A stretch of 64,000 nucleotides of DNA from Squalus acanthias. Lineage: Eukaryota. Made by a program: the position numbers and the translations under genes. Where the stretch lies: positions 61,568,001-61,632,000 of the forward strand of contig CM059438.1 of assembly GCA_030390025.1 (NCBI GenBank), read 5' to 3'. Of the stretch, positions 39,522 to 49,948 are shown piece after piece. Numbering within the stretch: the first letter of the stretch is position 1; each line of letters opens with the position of its first letter. The notes under the pieces were generated by a model. It made no database searches and was not told the origin of the DNA. It saw only the letters and a list, made by a program, of their open reading frames with translations.

Positions 39522-39970
39522 GGATCAGCTGTGGCTCAGTGATAGCACTCTTGCCTCTGAGTCAGAAGGTTGTGGGTTCAAGCCCCACTCCAGGGATTTG
39601 AGGACTTAATCTACTTTTGTGTAGTACTGAGAGTGCTGCACTTGTCGGAGTGCCGTCTTTCAGATGTGACGTTAAACCAAGGCCCTGTCTGCTCTTTCAG
39701 GTGGGCGTAAAAGATCCCACGGCATGAAGAAGAGCAGGGGACTTCTCCTGATGTCCTGGCCAATGTTTAACCCTCAACCAACACCTAAAAAATATTATCT
39801 GGTCATTTATTTCATTGCTATTTTTGGGACCCTGCTGTGTGCAAATTGAGTGCCATGTTTCCTACATTACTACAGTGACTGCACTTCAAAAGTACTTCAT
39901 TGGCTGTTAAGCACTTTGGGACGTCCTGAGGTCGTGAAAAGCACTATATAAGTGCACGTCTTTCTTTATT
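39522..39970 (+). mobile_element. DeuSINE full-length copy
   Basis: A box tggctcagtgatag, B box ggttcaagccc, Deu domain, L2-type tail. Confidence 0.82.
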
Positions 39971-40671
39971 AGTGGGTCTGTGACACCTACTTCAGGTACA
40001 GCCAGATAGACATCCCTCTGATGAATCCTCTGGAAATTGTCCTTGTCATCCAGCTCACAGGGCAAGAGGAATCTCCGAGGATTGGCCATTTTGCCAGTGG
40101 GGACTTGTGCATTATAATGAAACATCCTGACTGGTATGTGGTAACAGGGAATAAAGGAAAAACTGAAATGCAAGAAAAAAAGCTCCCAAGTAAATTTAAC
40201 GAGAGAAAATTAAAAAGTAATAAAGACCTTAAAAATACTTATCAATCCTTGGCAGACATAACTTTAAGAGGAGCAGAAGTCACTTCTGGTGGCTCTGCAC
40301 CTGCTGAGTGGTGCCGAATTCCTGATTTTACAGTTGCACAGCAATGGTCCTGTCTTAATTTACATATTTTTTGTCAGCCTTTTGAGGTTTGTGCCACATG
40401 AGCCTCCTGCACGTCCAGTGCAAAACCCTGGGCAGTGCACTTAAAACACAAATCAGTACCTGGTTTTCCATTGCTTTCTGCACCCACCAGAATTCCATCC
40501 TCCCAAGTATCAGCATTGAGCACTCACTGGCTAGATATGGAATAAAACCACCCTGCAGTGTTACCCCTCCCCACATAGACCATATTTATTGCACTAATGC
40601 AACACTTCCATTTCCAACAAGTCATTCTGTTGGTGTATGTAAAATGAGGTTGCTAATTACTGTGTTGTGGA

Positions 40672-41785
40672 CAGGAACATATGAACAGGAGTAGGCCATT
40701 CAGCCCCTCGAGCCTGATCCGCCATTCAGTTAGATCATGGCTGATCTGTAGCTTAACTCGTCTACCCGCCTTGATTCTGTAACCCTTAATACCCTTTCCT
40801 AACAAAGCTCAGTTTTGAAATTTCCAATTGACCCCAGCCTCAACAGCTTTTTGGGGGTGACTGTTTCAGATTTTCACTACCCTTTGTGTGAAGAAGTGCT
40901 TTCTGACATCACCCCTGAATGGCCTAGCTCTAATTTTAGGGTATGCCCCCTTGTTCAGACCTCCCCCACCAGAGGAAAAAGTTTCTGTCTATCTACCCTA
41001 TCAACTCCTTTAATCATCTTAAAAACTTCAGTTAGATCACCCTTTAATCGTCTATACTCATGGGAATACTAGGCTAGTCTATGCAACCTGTCCTCATAAT
41101 TTAACTCTTTTAGCCCCGTTATCATTCTGGTGAATTTGCGCTACACCCCCTCCAAGACTTGGCCTGGAGGGTGTTGCACAGAGCAGTACCATGCAATAAG
41201 GTTTTAAGTCAGTTCACAGACTCCCAAGCCACCTGCCTTTTCTGCGGCCTGGAGGAGTCTGTGTTCCATGTATATGTAGAATGTGAGAGGTTGCAGCCCC
41301 TCTTCCATTGTTTGAAGGGGCTGCTCCTCGATTTTTGGCTGCACTTCAGTCCCACGCTCCTGATCTTTGATCACCCGGTGCGGAGGGGAGCGGGCAGATC
41401 GGGGGACCTCCTCGTAGGACTGCTCCTGGGCATGGCCATCAACTGGTCCAGGCAGTGGGCGGTCGAGGGGGCGGTTCGCCCCGACTGCCTGCCTCTCTTC
41501 CGCGGCCATGTTCGCGCCCGGGTGGCCCTGGAGATGGAGCACGCGGTGTCCGCCGGTACGCTCGAGGCCTTCCGCGACCGGTGGGCACCGCAGGGACTGG
41601 AGTGCATCATCACCCCCAGCACCCAAATTTTTATTTAATTTTTTAAGTTTCATTTAATGTATTAAGTTTAGATACAGTCTATTTGTTTATGGGTTGCTCA
41701 AAAGAGTACACCCCCTCCAAGGCCAATAAATCCTTCCTAAGGTGCAGTGCCCAGAACTCAATGCAGTATTGTAACTAGAGCTGCA
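40672..41785 (-). mobile_element. CR1 3' fragment interrupted by a Tx1/L1 insert
   Basis: CR1 3' sequence resumes after the TSD at 41707. Confidence 0.8.
41157..41706 (+). mobile_element. L1-clade (Tx1-like) LINE 3' fragment
   Basis: WRVLH...CLFCGLEESVFHVYVEC C-terminal CCHC knuckle; 15-bp TSD tacaccccctccaag at 41142-41156 and 41707-41721. Confidence 0.82.
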
Positions 41786-42213
41786 CCCAACAAGATTGCT
41801 CTAAATTAACTACGTTGGTCTCACTCAGCCAATCTACTTGTGAGAGAGAAGCTTGACAATTTTAAGCTCCGAACAGTTTGTTTCCTTACTGGTAGTCTTC
41901 TAGCTAAATACAATGTATGACATTTATACTGTACATATATTGTAAAAGTTCATAATTTAGTTTCTAAAGAAGTGAGGTTCTTAACGAGAGAGTAACTGGA
42001 CAAGTGTTGCTGTCCCGGCAGTTGGTGTGAACGTGTAAGCGCTTGCTTAACACCTTCGCTACATTTTAAAAAGGAGCTGAGAAAGCTGGGGATTCACCAC
42101 TCCCATTATTTACACAGTATTATCAAACCTTCAGTGTTGCTGCAGACTTTACATAGTGTTTGCTCAGTCTGTGCAGATTAAATGCTGTCGCTCACGGTCG
42201 GTTTAGGAACATT

Positions 42214-42978
42214 GGCCCAGAAATTGGAGTTCGATGGTTGCCGCGGGGGTAAGGATCCCCCGCGATATCGCACTCCGCGCCTACCTTTATGGTTTTGGCC
42301 CACACGAACTTCATTTCCTGGGCCTCTCCCTGGTGCCGGCGCGTAGTGTGTGCGTGTCCCAGAGGCGCAGTTAGTTCGATGCTACCTCTGGGATCACGTG
42401 GGCCAGTTAGAGCCAATGGCAGCACACCATCTTTCATTCATAGTTTTGACAGCAAGAGCTGTCAAAACTATGAATACAACAAGCCCCCAAAAGAACAGCT
42501 AAACCTCAATTAAATTTTTAAAAAAAGACATCACATTAATAAAATAACTATAGTTAAATAAATTAACCACTTTAAACAAAAATTTAAATTTTTGAAAAAT
42601 TTAAATTCTTTTTAAAAGTTATAAAAATAAACTTACCTTTCTTTAAAGTCTCTAAAAAAGATAAACCTGTTGAAAAAAAATTAAAATAATACTTAATTAA
42701 CTACTTACCTTGTTAAAAGGGGGTCTTACGCCTGCTTTCTTCATGTGTAAAATCTTCAACACTTACCTGCGCGTTCAAACCTGGAAAAAAAACTAAGTGT
42801 GCTGCGTGCGCGCAACCTGTAGCGCGCACGCGGTTCACTTAGGAACCACCCCCTTTGCAATACCCGAAGTGCCGGTTTCCCGCGCATGCGCAATGCATGC
42901 AGGAAACCAGCACTTCGGGACCTAATACGCGAGAGTACACAGTGCGTAATCTCCCGTATTAGGTCTAATTTTCGGGCC
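42214..42978 (-). mobile_element. MITE family B, copy 2
   Basis: TIRs ggcccagaaatt / aattttcgggcc, TSD ATT. Confidence 0.88.
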
Positions 42979-43098
42979 ATTGAGTTTTAAAAAATCTGAA
43001 CACTGTCAGTGGTGCCACAAATAGATCTCTATGTTGGAGAACTGTTTGTGCATTATATGCAGATTTACACATGTATATACTGTGTTTTGATAAATGTA

Positions 43099-43837
43099 CC
43101 AGAAATTCGGGTCGGAGGCTTCCCGCGGGTGCAAGCATAGCGGGTGCACTTACATAGCTGTGGGCCCGCGTGGGATTCCGATCCTGGGCCTCCTCCAGCT
43201 GCCGGTGTACAGTGCTCGCATATCCCAGCGGCGAAGCTGGTTTGCAGCGTCCCCTGGGATCACGTGGGCCATGGGGAGCCAATCGGAGCAGGGAATCTCC
43301 ATTCATAGATTTGACAGGAAGACCTGTCAAATCTATGAATAGAAATCGGCCCCAAAACCTAAGTAAAACTTCAAATAATTTTTTTTTAAAAATCACATTA
43401 TTAAAATAACTATAAATTACATAAATTAACTACTTTAAACAAAAATTTAAATTTTTGAAAAAATTTATTAAAGTTTTTAACAGGGCTAAAAATAAACTTA
43501 CCTTTCTTTAAAGTATTTAAAAATGATAAACCTGTGGAAAAAATGTTTCAATTTTACTTAATTCACCTCTTACCTTGTTAAAAGCAGGCCTTGCGCCTGC
43601 TTTTTCCACACGCAGCTGCTAGGGACTTACCCGCACGGAGAAACCTGTAAAAAAAAAAAAGCCGAAGTTCGCTGTGTACGCGCTGCCTCTCCCGCGCATG
43701 TGGTTGACCCGCGAACCCCTTCCTTCAAGAGACCGGAAGTTCCAGTTTCCCGTGCATGCGCGAAACCGGCACTTCCGGTGGCCCTACGGGTGAGTACACA
43801 GCGCGTACTCACACGTGGGGACCCGAATTTCTGGGCC
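43099..43837 (-). mobile_element. MITE family B, copy 3 (left TIR clipped)
   Basis: Collinear with copy 2; right TIR aatttctgggcc; empty-site paralogue at about 46155. Confidence 0.82.
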
Positions 43838-44787
43838 AAAATGTTTGGTGCCAGCACTGTGAAGCTTTAGACTTGGCATTCATTAGCCAGCTTGTTATGT
43901 TGTCCCTTCCATGCAGGAACTCCAGTTCTGCCTTTAAGTACCTTATTTTTGAACCAAGTTTTTATGATTGAGTAACAAGATTTTCCACGACAACTTCAAT
44001 CATTTGGAACTGAATAGTCAGTGAATTAGAAAATACTGAACCAAACTTCATTGTTGAATTTTGTCTCGAAGGTCCTTAACACATTTGTATCTCCTGTGCA
44101 TTGTTTAATTATCTTACAAGTGTTTCCCAATTGAGAATATTGTGGCCAGCCATCTCTAGCACTGTATTGCAACACTGGTGAATTAACCGGATGGCCTTCA
44201 AAACTGAATGCCATCAAAGAACACTTTCTCTCAGCCAACTAAATATCTTCTGATATTGAAACAATGGTACCAGTGGAGAAATATCGAGGCTTTAAAACCT
44301 GCACAGTGCAACATGTGGATTTGGGGGAAGGGAAGGAAGAAGGGATGTAATAATAGTTACATATTTGGCCCTGAATTGTGACATGTGAGCTGCTCAGCTT
44401 CACTACAGTGAAATAGAGGCCTCTTGTTTATTCCGCTTACAATTTTATTTCTTTGAAGTTACTGTGAAATATCTTGACGTGACTGAATTGGACATAATCT
44501 TTATGCTGGGGAAGGCAGTGGCATTTGCTGCAGATATCTAGATGTTTTGAGAATATTCATCTTCCAGTTCAACCTGTAAAATTGGTGCCAATTTCACAAA
44601 AAGAGTGAAGGGGCTAAGTTCTGATGGTAATAGTGAACGTTTAAAGGATATATAAAATACCCCTTATAGCAATTAGCATTTGAATAAACATTGTTTACTT
44701 AAACTCATTTAGACTTTGTAGCCATAAAAGGACACAGCTTCACCTTAGCATCAAAATTGTACGTTACCTGGCATAATGCTGCTCTCA

Positions 44788-45510
44788 TCAGAGAGATTTG
44801 GGTGTCCTCGTGCAAGAAACACAGAAAGCTAGCATGCAGGTACAGCAAGCAATAAGGAAGGCAAATGGCATGTTGGCCTTTATTGCAAGGGGGTTGGAGT
44901 ATAAGAGTAAGGAAGTCTTGCTACAATTGTACAGGGCCTTGGTGAGACCACACCTGGAGTACTATGCACAGTTTTGGTCTCCTTATCTAAGGAAGGATAT
45001 ACTTGCCTTGGAGGCGGTGCAACGAAGGTTCACTAGATTGATTCCTGGGATGAGAGGGCTGTCCTATGATGAAAGACTGTGTAGAATGGGCCTATACTCT
45101 CTGGAGTTTAGAAGAATGAGAGGTGATCTCATTGAAACATACAAGATTCTGAAGGGGATTGACAGGATAGATGCTGAGAGGTTGTTTCCTCTGGCTGGAG
45201 TGTCTAGAACTAGGGGGCATCGTCTCAGGATAAGGGGTAGGCCATTTAAGACTGAGATGAGGAGGAATTTCTTCACTGAGAGGGTTGTGAATCTTTGGAA
45301 TTCTCTGCCCCAGAGGGCTGTGAATGCTGAGTCTTTGAGTATATTCAAGGCTGAGATAGATAGATTTTTGGACTCTAGGGGAATCAAGGGATATGGAGAT
45401 CAGGCGGGAAAGTGGAGTTGAGGTCGATGATCAGCCATGATCTTATTGAATGGCGGAGCAGGCTCGAGGGGCCGAATGGCCTACTCCTCTTATTTCTTAT
45501 ATTCTTATGT
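44788..45510 (+). mobile_element. CR1 3' fragment with open 207-aa ORF2 C-terminus
   Basis: LYRALVRPHLEY...LEAVQRR...RRMRGDLIE...FFTERVVNLWNSLP; ttcttat tail. Confidence 0.92.
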
Positions 45511-45640
45511 AAAGCTTAACCTCTTTTCAAAGCAATGGAACGTGAGATGTGCTAATTTATTTTTGTAAATCCATCATATTGTCAGTGATGTAAAAATTGT
45601 TATAATGTTCCATTTCTTCCCTGAACAGGAAATTACCAAT

Positions 45641-45998
45641 ATGGCAACATCTGTTGATAAAAGCCACAGTACCATGTGGGCAAGATTTCACAGTGAATCA
45701 CCAAATAGGGTTGTGAAAATGCTGAGAAAAAGTAAAAGCATGGATACACTGCTGGAAACCACGAATTGGACACTGAAGGATATCCCAGATTATGATACAG
45801 TTGGGACCTTACTCCCTACATCTTTACCAATGGTACCGCTTACAAAATGGGAGGTTCTGCTTCATCAGCATGGGGAAGATATTTTCTTGCATCCCAAAAG
45901 GAACTCCACAGCCAGCAAGAGCTGCCCATCACTTCTGTGCAGGCCGGAATCCGCTGCAGCCTTTATAGTACATAGTGTCGCCCAGTCTTGCAGTGAAG
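45641..45998 (+). CDS. Host gene coding exon A (exon starts 45629; putative start MATSVDKS...), unknown protein
   Basis: Acceptor tttcttccctgaacag, open 370-nt non-repetitive frame, Kozak aatATGG, donor AAG|gttaga (phase 1). Confidence 0.7.
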
Positions 45999-46857
45999 GT
46001 TAGATTCTGTCCCTCACAGAGTGGGTTTAGGAATATTGAGTAAAAGAAAAATCTGAACACTGTCAGTGGTGCCACAAATAGATCTCTATGTTGGAGAACT
46101 GTTTGTGCAGTATATGCAAATTTACACATGTATATACTTCTGTGTTTTGATTAATGTAACATTTAAAATACTTGGAGCCAGCACTGCATGAAGTTTTAGA
46201 CTTGACATTCACAGGGGATTAGCCAGCCTGTTTTGTTCTCCCTTCCATGCAGGAACTCCAATTCTGCATTTAAGTGTCTTATTTTGAACCAAGTTTTACA
46301 AATTTTTTTAATTTACCTTAAACTTGTCTCTTTCATGTGTTAAATAAAAACCCATTTCAGGAAAAATAATTGGAAATTCTGTAAAAAGAATTGTTCAGTG
46401 CTTGGCATGTATGTATTCTTTCAATGTGCTTAAATTAGCTTTGCTTTTCAAAAACCTGACAAAAATAAAATATAGGAATATTTGAGCTAGTCAATGAAGG
46501 CAGGAAGTAAGTCCATTGGTAACCATTAAGTGTAAAAGTTGGAAAATTTAGTTTTCTAGCATTACACAGGACATTGCACATTGTAGACCGGGACCTGATA
46601 TTGTCAGTTCCACCCCATTGCCAGTTTAATGTCTTTTTTGTATGTGTTCTTTGCCTGATAATGCAACAAGCCTTCCTAAGTGACTGCTCTGATTTAAGTT
46701 TTAATGCAAAAGCCTCATCGATGCTAACGATTCTGCATGTTGAATTGCATTAATTACATTGAAACTTGCTTAATGACTGGGGAATCTGTAAGCCTCTTTA
46801 AGAAACAGGATTTGGCACGTCACTGGTGCAATTTAAACTATTGCTTGTATTTAACAG

Positions 46858-46912
46858 GAATTCCAAGTATTGCCATTCAAACCGGAGATGCTTCTGGTGA
46901 GGAAAAGAATCA
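46858..46912 (+). CDS. Host gene exon B (GIPSIAIQTGDASGEEKNQ)
   Basis: ttgtatttaacag| ... |gtaagt; phase 1 to 2 joins A to C in frame. Confidence 0.7.
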
Positions 46913-47384
46913 GTAAGTAGAAACTGTTTTTACTGCTAGCACATCTCTTGTGGCGTTGCTCATAGTGAGATGGAGAATACGCTGTTTTATAACATGTCAC
47001 TAATTTATAGGGACTAAATAAGTCAAAAATCATTTTTATCAAATGGTGCTTTGGGAATTATTTCCACGACTCTACATTAATCTGAAAACCGTAAATGAGC
47101 GGCCTTTGTTCTTTTCCTTTACCTACGTATTTAATTTTCATCGCTTAACGGTTTTAACACTGAGAATACACAGCAAGGTGGTGTTCAAGATGTATCTGTT
47201 GGAGTTTGATACTGGTATCTAGCAATAGGTTAGGGGAGTGAAGTTTAGGTGCACATGGGGCGGTCCTGGGCTTTGGTAATACAATGGGATGATTCTAGGC
47301 TTTGACAGATTTGGAGTGTGCATCCTCAAGTTTGGCAGCAATGTGATGAGGCTGCTGGGTTTGGCAGCATGCAGATTCTTTTTT

Positions 47385-48045
47385 TTTCAATCTCAGGATA
47401 TGGGCATCGCTGGCAAAGCCTGCATTTATTGCCCATCCCTTGTTGCCCTTGAGAAGGTGGTGGTGGTGAGCCGCCGCCTTGAACTGTTGCAGTCCATGTG
47501 GTGAAGGTACTCCCACAATGCTTTAGGTAGGGAATTCCAGGATTTTGAATCAAGTGACAATGAAGGAACGGCGATACATATCCAAGTTGGGATGGTGTGT
47601 GACTTGGAGGTGATGGTGTTCCCATGCACCAGCTGCCCTTGTCCTTCCAGGTGGTATAGGTCACGGGTTTGGGAGGTGCTGTCAAAGAAGCCTTGGCGAG
47701 TTGCTGCAGTGCTTCCTGTAGATAGTACACACTGCATCCACAGTGCGCCGGTGGTCGAGGGAGTGGATATTTAAGGTGCTGGATAGGGTGCCGTTCAAGC
47801 GGGCTGCTTTGTCCTAGATGTGTCAAGCTTCTTGAGTGTTGTTGCTGTTGCATCCATCCAGGCAAGTTGGGATGGTGTGTGACTTGGAGGTGATGGTGTT
47901 TCTATGCATCTGCTGCCCTTATCCTTCCAAGTGGTGGAGGTCACAGGATTGGGAGGTGCTGCCAAAGAAGCCTTGACAACTTGCTGCAGTGCAGCCATGG
48001 TACGCCGATAGTGGTGGGAGTGGATGTTTAAGCTGGTGGGTGGTG
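47385..48045 (-). mobile_element. Second-family LINE 3' fragment with internal duplication
   Basis: Reverse-complement similarity to 34690-35160; segment from about 47583 repeated at about 47863. Confidence 0.8.
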
Positions 48046-48453
48046 TATGTTTAGCCTGGCAGAATTGTAGAGGGGGGAACCTGACATTTGTCACATCGGG
48101 TCGAATGTGGGGTCTAGCTCACTAGTACATTCCTGGAGTCCCTCAGCAGTGAGGCGAAGGGAAGGGTTTTGGCATCCAAGGTTTGTAACTTTTTAAGAAA
48201 TCTCTAGCAACATTAAATTTGGTGTTTTGAGATTGGTTCCTGGAAATATATCTCGACCTGTCTGACTTGAATTTGTTAGTAATTAGAATGTATTTACATT
48301 TTCTAATTAGCAACAAAACACAAGTGATATTTTCCGTTTGCTTTCAAAATTAGGAAGCAGTACTATTTGGTCAGATGCAGTTCTATAATTGGATTAGATC
48401 CACATTTAATATGGTGTTGGCAGTAGAAGTTATTTGCCTGTTCTTCATCTCAG

Positions 48454-48570
48454 GTTTGCTGCTGAGCTGGATGGCCTTACTCTACAATCAGCCAGATGTA
48501 CAGATGATGACAGTAAAATGCCAGAGGAAGTAAATCAGAAGGATGCATTCTTCTCTTGGGCATTGGAGAG
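48454..48570 (+). CDS. Host gene exon C (FAAELDGLTLQSARC...FFSWALER)
   Basis: ttcttcatctcag| ... GAG|gtaatg; 117 nt, phase 2-2, the only open frame. Confidence 0.7.
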
Positions 48571-48741
48571 GTAATGTTGTCTTTATGCAAATGTGTGGGT
48601 GTGGGTTTTCTCACTATTTCATCACAACTTTAATGTTGGATGGCTTTGGCCAGAATGACACTGACGCTGCATAAAAATCCACTTTGCCTATGGTACTGAA
48701 ATTTGAGCATTAGGTTTTTTCATTTATTCACTATAGATAGT

Positions 48742-49054
48742 GGGGCAACACGGTGGCATAGTGATTAGCACTGTTGCCTCACAGCGCCAGGGACCCGGGT
48801 TCGAATCCGGCCTCGGCTGGCTGACTGTGTGGAGTTTGCACATTCTCCCCGTGTCTGTGTGGGTTTCCTCCGGGTGCTCCGGTTTCCTCCCACAGTCCAA
48901 AAGATGTGCGGGTTAGGTTGATTTGGCTATGATAAATTGACCCTTAGTGTTAGGGGGGGGGGATTAAATACGTGGGGTTACGGGGATAGGGTGGGATATG
49001 TGTCGGTGCAGGCTCGATGGGCCGAAATGGCCTCTACACTGGGGATTCTGTGAT
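48742..49054 (+). mobile_element. HE1-type V-SINE
   Basis: Near-identical to 7170-7476. Confidence 0.88.
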
Positions 49055-49064
49055 TAGAGTCATA

Positions 49065-49948
49065 GGGGGAAAAATTCAGTTGGTTGCGCCTCCCGTTAGC
49101 GCCTTAAGAGGGCGCTAATGGGGCGCAAAGCAACTAGCACCCGGGCGTGGCGATGTTTGCGCCGCTCGCGAAATTAACTAGACATTTTGCGGCGGCGCTA
49201 AACAGTACCGCCACGATCTCCTGCGCCGGCAGATCGTGACGTCAGTCGAGTGCGCAACGCCCCGGTAGTGCCCCGGAGCGGATATTGAGTGGCGCCCCCT
49301 GCCTTACCGCCTGCCGCTAGCAACGACAGGTTGAGGGGAGCGTTTTGCAGTCAGGAAGGGACTGGGGGAGCGCTATTTAAAGTCGACCGCTTCCTGCCTT
49401 TTTTTGTTGGCGACATTTTTGAACCACGCATTCTGAGAGAGAGACTTCTGGAGAGATTCAACGCTGTGTGAAGGAGTTTTGGGTACTGAGCAGCACTTTG
49501 CAGGTTGATTTTGATTTGCCCTTCCTTGTATCGATTTAGAAGAGACTGTGGGGGCTGCACTCTGAGCTCTTTCCCTGGGCCTCTCCATTGTTCTTTCCAG
49601 CAGACTTGATGTACAGGTCTCTCCAGGCCGAGATTCAAGGCTGCAATGAGCAGGATGTGGATGGAAAGCAAGATCAACCCTCCCCTTTAAAAACTGGCCA
49701 GGGCCATTGTGTCTGTGTTCCATTGCTGACTGACATCACATGAGCTTCGCCAGCGCTCTGAGTTAGCGCCTCGCTGCTCAGCCTTTGCGCCTTAAGACAG
49801 ATGTGTAGCGCCTGATTTAGCACTCCAATCAACTCCAGGGGCGATAAAAGTCAAGTTTGCAGGCGGAGGCGATAATTAGCGGCAAGCGCTAATCTTTGCG
49901 CCCGGCCGATAATTGCGCCCCAAACGGGGCGATATGAATTTTTCCCCC
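49065..49948 (-). mobile_element. MITE family A, diverged copy 3, inserted in a CR1 tail
   Basis: TIRs GGGGGAAAAATT / AATTTTTCCCCC, TSD ATA; collinear with the reverse complement of 10905-11798. Confidence 0.88.
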
